Shown here one piece after another: positions 8,240 through 17,028 of a DNA stretch of 64,000 nt. The translations under genes and the position numbers were made by a program. Within the stretch, counting starts at the first letter, position 1; every line of letters starts with the position of its first letter. The notes beneath the pieces are model-generated. The model was given only the letters and a program-made list of their open reading frames with translations, was not told the origin of the DNA and searched no databases. This DNA comes from a virus, in the IMG/VR virus record IMGVR_UViG_3300047333_000104, positions 3,649-67,648 of that record; one strand, 5' to 3'.

Positions 8240-8848
8240 ATGGAAGCTTACCTCGTCCCTGGTCCGGCCGTCTGCGCCGCCTATGCCACTCTCGCCCGCG
8301 AGCACAACGCCGCGCCGATCGGTAGCGACGAGCGCAGACGGGTTTGGAACGAAGCGCAAGGCTTCCTCTTGGCCCTGAAGACCCTTTACTCCGACGCACC
8401 CATGTATGTCGGCCATCTATTGACCGAGACGGACAAGGCGATCATGCGCGAGGTCGGCGAGGATGCGGAGATGCGCGGCGGGTTCCTGCTCGACCGTGTC
8501 GTGAGCGTCGACACCGCGGTCCTGCAGCTGCGGATCTCGGATATCGTAGAGAGCGAGATGGAACCGCAGGAGCATTGGGTGGTGGGACTTGATGCTGCAG
8601 ACCCTGTCGCCGAGATGCGAGAGCGATTGTCAGAGAGCTTCGAGGACACTCGGCTGCAAGAACCGCCGCGCAAAGTGCGCGCTGATCTTGAGCCTGACGA
8701 GTCGTACCGAAACCGCCTCATTGCGGCTAGTAAGGAGTACGCCGCTCAAACGCTTCCATCGACGATTGCCGTAGCGCTTCTTTACGGGCACGGGTCGGAC
8801 CTTGACGATATTGGTCGTCAGATGGGCGTTGAGAGGGCGCCGTTTTGA
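8240..8848 (+). CDS. Hypothetical protein (202 aa)
   Basis: AAGGAG RBS; ESYRNRL...HGSDLDDIG. Confidence 0.75.
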   Translation: MEAYLVPGPAVCAAYATLAREHNAAPIGSDERRRVWNEAQGFLLALKTLYSDAPMYVGHLLTETDKAIMREVGEDAEMRGGFLLDRVVSVDTAVLQLRISDIVESEMEPQEHWVVGLDAADPVAEMRERLSESFEDTRLQEPPRKVRADLEPDESYRNRLIAASKEYAAQTLPSTIAVALLYGHGSDLDDIGRQMGVERAPF

Positions 8849-8970
8849 CCTCGCGAGCCGAGCGCACCGCCGAGTTAGCCGAGGTCGACGCGATGATCCG
8901 GCGGGCTATCGCTTATGCTCGGGCCGGGAAGCGGGTGCCGGTTGAACAGTTATTAGGAGAAGAAAGATGA
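8845..8970 (+). CDS. Small hypothetical protein (41 aa)
   Basis: TTGA overlap at start and ATGA overlap at end; helical sequence. Confidence 0.55.
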   Translation: MTSRAERTAELAEVDAMIRRAIAYARAGKRVPVEQLLGEER

Positions 8971-9458
8971 GCGAGGTACACGACTATCACATCCGACCGC
9001 GGCCCTCGGAGACGAGTTTTACGGTCAAGGTCGATGCGGCGGGAAGCCACATCGTGGTTGATACGTTCTCCAATTTCAATGGCGTGTCGCATCGACTCTT
9101 TCGCGACGTATTGGATGCGCGAGAGAAGGCGACACGCGAAGCATTGATTGCTCTGGGCTGGACGCCGCCCGGCAATGGCTGGCGGCCAATCCCGAAAGAT
9201 CCTTATGCTCGGTTCGAAGGCACGGGGGTGTTGTGGGTCGCGATGTTCCGCGCGGACGATCCATCCACCACGTATGTTATCCATGCGCGGGCAGGGGAGC
9301 ACGGCGCGCTATTCTTTACCGATGGCAGCATGCTTTCGGTAAACGAGCAAGGGTGGGTGCCCTTCGCTTGGAGAGTCGCGGACGCGCCCGCGAGAGACGA
9401 CGAGGCATTCCCGCCCATGTGGACGGACTATCTCACGGAGTCACACCCGTGTCCGTAA
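8967..9458 (+). CDS. Hypothetical protein (163 aa)
   Basis: AGGAG RBS; A.REALI.LGWTPP motif. Confidence 0.75.
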   Translation: MSEVHDYHIRPRPSETSFTVKVDAAGSHIVVDTFSNFNGVSHRLFRDVLDAREKATREALIALGWTPPGNGWRPIPKDPYARFEGTGVLWVAMFRADDPSTTYVIHARAGEHGALFFTDGSMLSVNEQGWVPFAWRVADAPARDDEAFPPMWTDYLTESHPCP

Positions 9459-9970
9459 TCCCTCACGAAACCCTCCTCTCCCTCCGCGAGACCGCCGCAA
9501 CGACCCCACCCGGCGATATCGTCGAGGTCGGCGTGTACCGCGGCGGCAGTGCGTCGGTTCTGGCCGAGGTCTCCCGGTCGAAGGGTTGCCGGCTGCATTT
9601 GTTCGATACGTTCCTCGGCATGCCGTTCGCAGGCGCCGACGACAAGCACCAGGTCGGGGACTTCGGTGACACGTCGTTGCGGGCGGTCAGCGAGTTGGTG
9701 CCGGATGCGCTTATCTACCCCGGCGTCTTTCCGAGCACGCTGCCGGCGACCTGGACCGAGCCGTTCCTGGCGTTCGTGCATTGCGACGTTGATCAGTATG
9801 AGAGCACGCGGTCGGTCATCGAGCACCTATGGCCGATGCTCGTGCCGGGCGGGGTCATGTGGTTTGACGATTGCGAGCTGGCCCCGGCGATGCGGGCGAT
9901 CGAGGAGATGCTGCCGGGCGTTGAGTTGCTCGACGCGCCGGGAGGACGGAGGTGGGCAAAGCGCGATTGA
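9449..9970 (+). CDS. TylF/MycF/NovP-family sugar O-methyltransferase
   Basis: GDIVEVGVYRGGS, LFDTF.GMP, G.F..TL, FVHCDVDQYEST, L.PGGV.WFDD; GTG start after GGAGTCAC. Confidence 0.88.
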   Translation: MSVIPHETLLSLRETAATTPPGDIVEVGVYRGGSASVLAEVSRSKGCRLHLFDTFLGMPFAGADDKHQVGDFGDTSLRAVSELVPDALIYPGVFPSTLPATWTEPFLAFVHCDVDQYESTRSVIEHLWPMLVPGGVMWFDDCELAPAMRAIEEMLPGVELLDAPGGRRWAKRD

Positions 9971-9990
9971 CCTACCGCCCATATCTAGGG

Positions 9991-10019
9991 TTGACGCGAG
10001 CCGCGCAACGTAATACGTT
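9991..10019 (+). promoter_or_regulatory. Class II promoter TTGACG-17-TACGTT overlapped by palindrome AACGTA-A-TACGTT
   Basis: Identical architecture at 39270-39298. Confidence 0.75.
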
Positions 10020-10052
10020 TCGGTAATTGCGGGTGCAAGGAGTCAAATTATC

Positions 10053-10898
10053 ATGCGAGTCTATGCGAAGCTCGGTTCGTTAAATCACCATTACGCACCG
10101 GACGGTACTTATGCGCCAATCCCTAACCTCGACCTGTTTGCCGTTTGCTTGGCGGAATTGGCGGTGCTGTCGGAAGCGGACGGAGACCGCCATGCGGCGA
10201 GTCTGGGAACCGAATCGTTCGCGGAGATCGTTAAGCTGCTTGGTACCTACGCGCCCCCGTTTGCCTATTTCGGGTTCTCCACGTCGCACCCGACCGATCT
10301 TGGGTTCCATCTAAAATCCCGCCCCCACGTACTGGCGATTCAGGGAGGCGTGTCGGTCGTCGACGGCGAAGACTTCACGGGCGTTTCGGATTCCCTGGCT
10401 TTGGCGGACGAGGGGTACGGAGAGTGGAGTCTCTATTGGGTTGGAGACCAGGGCCGCGTCCGACTCTGGGATTTTCGTAGCCCTAGTGACGGGTCTCTAA
10501 TTCGCTGCGAAGGGATGCCGAGCGACGAGGACTTGATCCTCGACGCGGCGGCCGATGCGCAGCGAATGCTTGACGCCGCGCCGCTATGCTTCGGCTACGT
10601 TAATTACCGCGGCGAGTTCGCCAACCGCGTCGTCCAGCCGATATCGGTCGAATGGGGCGAGACTCTTTATCACCATGACGCTGGCTGGCATTTGAAGGCG
10701 CACGATCTCGAAAAGGGGGCGGAGCGGTCTTTCCTGATGCGCGATATCGTCACGCCTTTCTGGGACGTCCCGCGCGATCCTGGAGAGATGCGCCCCTACG
10801 CCACACCCGTGGGTTTGGGCGACCCCCTCAAGCGCGGCGACGTGCTGCGTTGCATCGACGACCACGGAACGCTGGCTGTAATTTGGAGCCCATCATGA
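10053..10898 (+). CDS. Fusion of 3807-like acidic domain and WYL-like domain
   Basis: F.YVNYRGE...R.V.P...WG....H...W.L.AHD.EK...RSF.M.DI. Confidence 0.75.
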   Translation: MRVYAKLGSLNHHYAPDGTYAPIPNLDLFAVCLAELAVLSEADGDRHAASLGTESFAEIVKLLGTYAPPFAYFGFSTSHPTDLGFHLKSRPHVLAIQGGVSVVDGEDFTGVSDSLALADEGYGEWSLYWVGDQGRVRLWDFRSPSDGSLIRCEGMPSDEDLILDAAADAQRMLDAAPLCFGYVNYRGEFANRVVQPISVEWGETLYHHDAGWHLKAHDLEKGAERSFLMRDIVTPFWDVPRDPGEMRPYATPVGLGDPLKRGDVLRCIDDHGTLAVIWSPS

Positions 10899-11204
10899 GC
10901 TCCCGCGTCATTCAGGTCATCGAGACAACGCTAACTCGGCGCGGCAAAGGCAAGAAGGGCAGCCCGGTTCGCGTCGTGCGCCAGTATTGGTCGTTTGATG
11001 GGACGTTGCTGGCCGAGGTCGATTCGTTTCCCGAGAGGAGGGTCCCGCCCATGCCGCCGGATGAGTGCCTAATAGAAGCGGGTATCGAGGCCGCTCTCTC
11101 GGCATCCGGATTTCAACCTGTGGGCGCGGACCGCCCAGAAACAACTGGTCGAGGCGATCCTGGAAGTTTTCCGGGACCCGCTCGGGAAGAAGGATGCGCT
11201 ATGA
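10895..11204 (+). CDS. Small phage protein, apparently frameshifted at (CT)n near 11094-11100
   Basis: MSSRVIQVIETTLTRRG...QYWSFDG.LLAEVD; the +1 frame continues RHPDFNLW...KKDAL* and stops in an ATGA overlap at 11201. Confidence 0.55.
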
Positions 11205-11659
11205 CGACATCTCCGGCCCGGTTCACCGAGCTTCACCGGGAAGCCAGGCAGATAGCCCGGTGGCTTCAAGAGCATCCTTGGATTGAAGGGGCGTCCTTTC
11301 GGTTCAGCGTCGAGCAGAACAAACGGCATGTGATGCACCGTGATAGACTCCGGAAGATTCAAGCGGAAATAGGTGTGACGACCGATGAGATCGTCGGCAC
11401 CTACGGCTCGGCGTACTGGTCAGGCACTGCCTGGGTCGAAAGTTGTCCCGAGTGCAGGGGAGAGTTCTTAGGCTGCACTATGCCCGGATGCGTCGACGGA
11501 GAGATTTCGGTTGACGAGGCGCGCCTCCGTTTCCGTCTTCGGCGCGGTGGCCGGCAGTGGCTGGTGATCGACAGTAGGGAAAACACGATCGTCGAGCAGC
11601 ATGATACCCGGGGGCAAGCTATTGTTGCCCTCGGCCGGCTGCGGGGGGCTGCGCCATGA
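11201..11659 (+). CDS. Hypothetical protein with CxxC motif
   Basis: ATG at 11201 with AAGGA RBS; CPEC...C..PGC.DG. Confidence 0.65.
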   Translation: MTTSPARFTELHREARQIARWLQEHPWIEGASFRFSVEQNKRHVMHRDRLRKIQAEIGVTTDEIVGTYGSAYWSGTAWVESCPECRGEFLGCTMPGCVDGEISVDEARLRFRLRRGGRQWLVIDSRENTIVEQHDTRGQAIVALGRLRGAAP

Positions 11660-12216
11660 CAATGACTCCCGAACAGATCGACCACATGGAGCGCGCCACG
11701 GAGCGAGCGCGGGCGGTTCTGAAGCCCGGCGACTGGCTGACCGTGCGTAACTGTGGCGACAGCCGAAGCCGTGTTCGCATGACGGGCTGGGATGGCGACT
11801 GGATCTGCAGCCGGACGCGGAGCGACATTCACGCATTGCACGTCCTGAAGGTGAACGGGGATTGGATCGGGTTCGACGATTTATCGCACCAAGCGAACGA
11901 GTGCATCCGTTTCGGCGATCCGACCCTCGTGCCTGATGTGTTCGGCGGGATAGCGGTTCGGGTTGCCGGGTTAACGGACTATGACCCGGCAGATCCCCGC
12001 GCGCTGATCGAGAAGCAAGAACGCGTCAAATTGAGGTTTACCGAGTCCCCCATGCTGCGCACTCAAATCGGTTCGCCCCGGAAGTTTCGGATCTTCGAGT
12101 TAGCCGGGGGATACTGCGGAGTGATAGATATCGACGCGAATACGATCGTCGAGATCCATCTCAGCCGAAGAGATGCGCGAGTGGCAATAATCCGGCTAGA
12201 GGAAGATGCGCTATGA
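11656..12216 (+). CDS. Hypothetical protein (186 aa)
   Basis: ATGA-coupled ORF. Confidence 0.7.
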   Translation: MTMTPEQIDHMERATERARAVLKPGDWLTVRNCGDSRSRVRMTGWDGDWICSRTRSDIHALHVLKVNGDWIGFDDLSHQANECIRFGDPTLVPDVFGGIAVRVAGLTDYDPADPRALIEKQERVKLRFTESPMLRTQIGSPRKFRIFELAGGYCGVIDIDANTIVEIHLSRRDARVAIIRLEEDAL

Positions 12217-12518
12217 CGGTCTACGTCGACTCGATGAAGGCCGCCTATGGCCGAATGGTGATGTGTCACCTTATCGCGGACTCGGACGAGGAGTTGCATG
12301 CGATGGCCGACAAGATCGGCGTCGCGAGGAAGTGGCACCAGGCACCCCCGAAGCACGACAGCCACTATGACATAGCGCTATCGAAACGTGCGCTCGCAGT
12401 GACGGCCGGCGCCGTTGAGATAACCTGGAAGCAGGCGGGTTGCATGATCATGCGCCGCCGTGTGACAGGAGAACTCGGTAAGCCAGAGGAGGCTATCCAA
12501 TGGGTGCAAAGTCGATAA
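12213..12518 (+). CDS. DUF4031 family protein
   Basis: MTVYVD...YGRM.MCHLIADS.EELH.MA..IG..R.W.Q...HYDI. Confidence 0.85.
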   Translation: MTVYVDSMKAAYGRMVMCHLIADSDEELHAMADKIGVARKWHQAPPKHDSHYDIALSKRALAVTAGAVEITWKQAGCMIMRRRVTGELGKPEEAIQWVQSR

Positions 12519-12784
12519 TTGCCACGATAGCCGTCGGCGCTTTGCTCGCAGGCTGCGATCCCGGCCAAGAAGCAGACCCGTGGATGCCCGATCAGTGCAA
12601 GCGGGAAGAGGTGTTTCAGGCGTGCCTCTCGCATACCCCGGCTGGCCCGCAGACGACGAAGTACAACCCGTGGGACGAAGTGATTAACGCATGCGAGACC
12701 GCGGCTTATCGTATAAGTCTCCGACCCAAGAGCCAAATCGCGTCGGCCTGCCGATCGGACAACCGTATGACGAACAGGGGTTAA
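12500..12784 (+). CDS. Lipoprotein
   Basis: Lipobox LLAGC after hydrophobic stretch; four further Cys. Confidence 0.75.
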   Translation: MGAKSIIATIAVGALLAGCDPGQEADPWMPDQCKREEVFQACLSHTPAGPQTTKYNPWDEVINACETAAYRISLRPKSQIASACRSDNRMTNRG

Positions 12785-12790
12785 TCGCAG

Positions 12791-12921
12791 CGCCCGTTTA
12801 GGTGGGTCGAAAGTTCCTACTCGTTGGTGTGTTAGGGGTTTCGGAAAAGCTCTTTTTAACATTCAGCAACAGCAGTGTTTTGGTTTCTGCCAGACAAACT
12901 TTCGATCCTCCTAAGCGGGCG
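12791..12921 (+). ncRNA. Candidate structured RNA or long inverted-repeat element
   Basis: 24-bp basal stem 12791-12814/12898-12921 (21 WC, 2 G-U, 1 mismatch) enclosing further hairpins. Confidence 0.55.
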
Positions 12922-12937
12922 GTACTTGGAGCTAACT

Positions 12938-13231
12938 ATGGTCATAAAACCCCTCTCGAAACGCGGTGAGACCGTATTAAAATGGGTCCTATCGCCGCTC
13001 TGGCTGCCGCTCGTTGCGCTGCTCTACATCGACCATGGCGTTCGCTGGATCGCCGCGCGCATCGGTCGCCGCCTCTGGCCCGATCGCAGCGACTGGTCCC
13101 CATGTTTCGCGTGGTGGCCGACATATTGCGACGATCCCGATGACGAAGCATGGCGTCCCGTAACGGTTTGGCTGGAACCGATTGAGCGGTGCGAGATCGA
13201 CCGCCGCACGGTCTGTAGGCTGCCTCAATGA
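12938..13231 (+). CDS. Membrane protein
   Basis: GGAG RBS; one TM; FAWWP...VWLE.IER motif. Confidence 0.7.
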   Translation: MVIKPLSKRGETVLKWVLSPLWLPLVALLYIDHGVRWIAARIGRRLWPDRSDWSPCFAWWPTYCDDPDDEAWRPVTVWLEPIERCEIDRRTVCRLPQ

Positions 13232-13737
13232 TCGTCGCCTTCACCGGCCATCGCCCCGACAAGCTTGGTGGCTACGGTCCCGTCGTCAGCGCCCGACTGG
13301 TCGAATTCGCCGCGGGCTTCATCTCGCGGTCGCCAGCGACCAGCTTCATCACGGGCATGGCGCTCGGATGGGACACGGCGGTCGCCGAGGCGTGCGTTCT
13401 GCTGCGTCGACCTTTCGTGGCGGCGATCCCGTTCAAAGGCCAGGAGTCGAAATGGCCGGCGGAGAGCCAACGCCGGTACGTTGAGTTGCTGTCGAAGGCC
13501 GCTGCGGTCGAGGTGATCTCGCCAGGCGCGTACTCGTCCGGTAAGATAATCCTTCGGGATCATTGGATGGTCGACCATTGCGATATTCTCGTGGCGCTAT
13601 GGGACGGATCGGCCAGTGGAACCCGCAAGACCGTAGAATACGCGAGAACACGGACGCCGCCAAAGCCGACAGTGAACCTGTGGTTGAACTGGCAGCAGGC
13701 GATGCATAAATTGGATTTGTTAGAGGGGGTGAAATGA
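13228..13737 (+). CDS. SLOG-superfamily (YspA/DUF1273-like) protein
   Basis: AFTGHRP.KLGGY, ITGMALG.DT..AE, A.PF.GQE.KW, R..WMVD..D.LVALWDG..SGT. Confidence 0.88.
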   Translation: MIVAFTGHRPDKLGGYGPVVSARLVEFAAGFISRSPATSFITGMALGWDTAVAEACVLLRRPFVAAIPFKGQESKWPAESQRRYVELLSKAAAVEVISPGAYSSGKIILRDHWMVDHCDILVALWDGSASGTRKTVEYARTRTPPKPTVNLWLNWQQAMHKLDLLEGVK

Positions 13738-13838
13738 GTCCCGTTGCGTTAGTCGCTTTTCTCGTTTTCCTAGCATTGATTTCCGTCGCGGCTGGTTTTT
13801 ACGACCTCCAAACGATTTGGGAGTTGGTGAACAAGTGA
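13734..13838 (+). CDS. 34-aa single-TM peptide
   Basis: ATGA overlap; hydrophobic N-terminus. Confidence 0.55.
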   Translation: MSPVALVAFLVFLALISVAAGFYDLQTIWELVNK

Positions 13839-14068
13839 TCGACCCGGACTTGGACGGCAATTTTGCGAAGAACATATGGCTCCGCGGCGTGGTCGAGAAC
13901 CAGAGCGCGAAGATCGCTTGGCTAAAGGTCAACCGGCTCTCGGTTCGCCTGCAGTGGTTCCTCGGCGGCATCTCCCTGGCCTACTTCGTTCTCACGGTAG
14001 CGCTGGCTCACGCGATCGGAGTATGGGTCTGGGGTTGGCCGATTTATCTAATCTTTAACGAAATGTGA
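13835..14068 (+). CDS. Small two-TM membrane protein
   Basis: GTGA overlap; two hydrophobic segments. Confidence 0.65.
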   Translation: MIDPDLDGNFAKNIWLRGVVENQSAKIAWLKVNRLSVRLQWFLGGISLAYFVLTVALAHAIGVWVWGWPIYLIFNEM

Positions 14069-14250
14069 ATCAAATGCCCCCGCTCCCCAATACGTCAATT
14101 CGCATTGACCCCGAGCAGCGCCCGACGCTCAATCAATTCCTTCGGATATGTCGGGAGCGGCCGGACGATCTACCCTTTGTGGATGCGGTGCTGGAAGCGT
14201 TGCTGCGGGGCGCGAAAGTCAACGCGTCGGTTGAGGAGCCCGAGGCGTGA
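14065..14250 (+). CDS. Hypothetical protein (61 aa)
   Basis: Coupled overlap. Confidence 0.55.
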   Translation: MNQMPPLPNTSIRIDPEQRPTLNQFLRICRERPDDLPFVDAVLEALLRGAKVNASVEEPEA

Positions 14251-14444
14251 CCCGCGTTGAACGTTTGCTTGCCGAGTACCCGGCGTTGTCCCGCGAAGAA
14301 GCTGAGATGGTCCTCGAGGCGGAGCGGATCGTCGCAAGCCAGGAGCTAGAACGTTTGGAGCACGACCTTATCCTTATCACTTTGGAAAACGCTTCTCGCT
14401 ATGACGCCCCCTTCATAGCGGCGTTGAAGGCGGTAGCCACGTGA
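14247..14444 (+). CDS. Hypothetical protein (65 aa)
   Basis: GTGA overlaps at both ends. Confidence 0.6.
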   Translation: MTRVERLLAEYPALSREEAEMVLEAERIVASQELERLEHDLILITLENASRYDAPFIAALKAVAT

Positions 14445-15316
14445 GCGGCCTCTTGCCGCCAGGCCCGGTCCGCGTTGAGGCGCCCTCGGAGCCGGCGCCG
14501 TTCGTCGTACCGGACTTCGCGGCGCGCGGGCGAGCGGTGCTGGAAGAGTACGTGCGGACGGGAGTGATCCCGTTTACGGCAGACGGCCTCGTCGTCTTCT
14601 ACAACCTGATGATGGCGGATCGCGGATTCAATTTCCCGCCGCACCTTTTCCCTGTGGCCATGGCGCTCATGGATGATCGTATTCCGAAGCTCATGATTAT
14701 CGTGGGACCAGGTAGTGGCAAGTCGAGTCTTCTATCGACGGTTTATCCCGCGTTCCGTCTCGGCCATGACCCGACTATGACGATCGTTGGCGTATCGGCC
14801 GGCGAGGCGCTTGTCCAAGGATTTATGGCCGCTGTGATGGAATGGGTGGAGAAGTCGAAGACATGGGCGCGGCTATTCCCCCATGTGCGACCCGATAAGG
14901 ATCTCGGCTGGTCGACTGAGGCGGGCATGTTTGTGACCGGCCGCGCTCCGGGCGACCCTGATTCCAGTTACGCCGCATTCGGGCTTACCTCGACGAAGCT
15001 TACGGGTGTTCACGCAAGACTCATTATCTGCGACGACATCCACAATGAAGAGAACTCGTCCTCGGCATCCGCTTGCGAAGGGGTGCGATCCAAGTATTAT
15101 CGGACGGTTCTTGGGCGTGCAGATCCCCGAGGTGCCCGGTTCATTATCGCCGGCCGGCGCTGGCATGAGGAGGATCTTTACGGCCACCTCGCCAAGAGCG
15201 AAGATTGGGTCGTTATGTCTTTGCCGGCGGAGCGCGTCGGTGAGAAGCAGTTATATTGGACGGTCGAGGTTCCCGACGGCCTCGTTTGTTGTTTCACTGA
15301 AGGACGAAAATCATGA
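14441..15316 (+). CDS. terL: Terminase large subunit, N-terminal ATPase half
   Basis: Walker A region LMIIVGPGSGKSS; Walker B LIICDD; coupling motif IIAGRRWHEEDLYG; WVVMSLPA. Confidence 0.9.
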   Translation: MSGLLPPGPVRVEAPSEPAPFVVPDFAARGRAVLEEYVRTGVIPFTADGLVVFYNLMMADRGFNFPPHLFPVAMALMDDRIPKLMIIVGPGSGKSSLLSTVYPAFRLGHDPTMTIVGVSAGEALVQGFMAAVMEWVEKSKTWARLFPHVRPDKDLGWSTEAGMFVTGRAPGDPDSSYAAFGLTSTKLTGVHARLIICDDIHNEENSSSASACEGVRSKYYRTVLGRADPRGARFIIAGRRWHEEDLYGHLAKSEDWVVMSLPAERVGEKQLYWTVEVPDGLVCCFTEGRKS

Positions 15317-17028
15317 CCTCTGTTAAGCTCGGACGCCTTCCCCGCCTCAAGGGTTTCAACGCTCCGAAGCTCGGCCCCGCCATCGCCGCCGCGGTATCCT
15401 TGCCGCCGACGCCGCCCGCTTCGGTCGATTGGTACTCGGCGGTAGGTAATGCTTTCGGCACTGACGGCAATCTTACGGTTGGGGATTGCACGATCGCTTG
15501 CCAAGCCCATTTGATCCAAGCGTGGACGACCAACGCAGGCAAACCATTCGCTCCGTCGCAAGCGGACTGCCTCGCCAAGTACGCGGCGCTCTCGGGATGG
15601 GACGGAACGCCGGGGGACGCGAGCGACGTCGGCCTCGTGGTTACTAAGGTGCTCGCCGACTGGCAGACGAACGGGCTCGACGGGCATAAACTGTCGGCGT
15701 GGGCCGAGATCGACGTCAAGAACCGCACCGAGCTTATGAATGCGATCTCGTGGTTTGGCGGCGTCTATATCGGCCTGAACTTGCCGATCAGCCTGCAGTC
15801 GGTGATTGAAGGCAATCTTCAGCCGGCTCCGCTCACCGTGACATGGGACGTCGTGCCGGGCGTTGATAGCGCGGCGCGGTCTTGGGGCGGACATGCGGTT
15901 CCGATCCTTGGATTTAACGCAACCGGACCGGTCGTCGTGTCGTGGGGCGCGGTGTACCAGATGACTTGGCCGTTCTACGAGGCGTATGTCGACGAAGCTT
16001 ATGCCCCCATTAGCGCCGACTTTATCGAAGCGACCGGTAGCACGCCGGGCGGTCTGACCTTAGCGCAACTTCAAGCCGATCTGGCCGCCGTTGGTGAGCC
16101 CACGACCGGTCCTTCGAGCCCGTTGGTGCTGTTCCTCGACGCCGGCAACGCGCCGGAGCTCTCAGTGGGCGCAATGCTGTCTCCGGACGTCATCCTCGCC
16201 GCGCCCGGCACTTTGGCGATCGGCCTGATCGAGATCTCCGCCGTCGCACAATCCTACGCGCTGCAAGTTACCGCGATCGAGAACTATCCCGGGTTCAGCC
16301 TCGGCAAATTATCCGGCTCGGTCGCCTGCGATCACTACGCCGGTTACACCTCGACCTTTACGGGCGGCGTGGCGCAAATCGAGTACTACACGTCGGCAGC
16401 CGGCAGCAATGTGAGCGGCGCAGGTGCGGCGTATGAGAACTTTACTGTATCGGGCAACATCGGTACCTGCGCTACCGTTTCGGACGGGGCGCAAGGCATC
16501 GTTTACGAAGAGTCGCCAGAGGGCAATGGGATTACCCTCGTGGGTGTGATGACCAGCAATGGTGCGGCTTACGTTTTCACGAGCAGCGACATCAATAACC
16601 TCGAATACGGGATTGAACTGTTGTCGGATTGCTCGCCCGCTATTCAACGCCTATACCTCGGATTGCTCGGCCGTCCCGGTAGTGCTGCGGAACTCCAATG
16701 GTACAACGACAACGGATGGAAGGCTGCTTACGCCGCGTTGGCGGGAAGCGGCGTCCCGAGCGCGGCAGCGGTGTTGCTGGCCAACCCTCAGTTCGTAAGT
16801 TATTTCACGCAATCTTCCGAGTTCGTAGCGTTGAACACCGGCTACGGCACGAATCCGACGCTGTTCGTCAATTATGTGTACGAGACCGCGCTCGGACGTA
16901 CGGCGGCTCCCGTCGAAGTGACGTACTGGGTGAACGCGATTGGATCGATGGGATACCCCGCGGTTATCGCCAGCATTACGCAATCGGCCGAAGCGATTCA
17001 GTTCTTGTCGGTTCGGAACGTCGGGTAA
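15313..17028 (+). CDS. Papain-like cysteine peptidase fused to C-terminal DUF4214 (S-layer-anchor-like) repeats
   Basis: VGDCT (Cys), GGHAV (His), VVSWG; C-terminal RLYLGLLGRP...W and FVNYVYETALGR...YWV. Confidence 0.7.
   Translation: MTSVKLGRLPRLKGFNAPKLGPAIAAAVSLPPTPPASVDWYSAVGNAFGTDGNLTVGDCTIACQAHLIQAWTTNAGKPFAPSQADCLAKYAALSGWDGTPGDASDVGLVVTKVLADWQTNGLDGHKLSAWAEIDVKNRTELMNAISWFGGVYIGLNLPISLQSVIEGNLQPAPLTVTWDVVPGVDSAARSWGGHAVPILGFNATGPVVVSWGAVYQMTWPFYEAYVDEAYAPISADFIEATGSTPGGLTLAQLQADLAAVGEPTTGPSSPLVLFLDAGNAPELSVGAMLSPDVILAAPGTLAIGLIEISAVAQSYALQVTAIENYPGFSLGKLSGSVACDHYAGYTSTFTGGVAQIEYYTSAAGSNVSGAGAAYENFTVSGNIGTCATVSDGAQGIVYEESPEGNGITLVGVMTSNGAAYVFTSSDINNLEYGIELLSDCSPAIQRLYLGLLGRPGSAAELQWYNDNGWKAAYAALAGSGVPSAAAVLLANPQFVSYFTQSSEFVALNTGYGTNPTLFVNYVYETALGRTAAPVEVTYWVNAIGSMGYPAVIASITQSAEAIQFLSVRNVG

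Noticed and set aside
12776-12819. Twister-like pattern (UUAA-UCG…CCC GUUU AG GU GGG…CGA AAGU UCCU)
   Set aside because: The catalytic GA between P2 and the pseudoknot strand is missing, and the segment is better explained as one arm of the 24-bp stem
15290-15316. CFTEG at the end of TerL-N resembles an intein N-terminus (atypically split TerL inteins exist)
   Set aside because: Only 8 residues follow the Cys, and the C half has no intein C-fragment or HN-C/S/T junction
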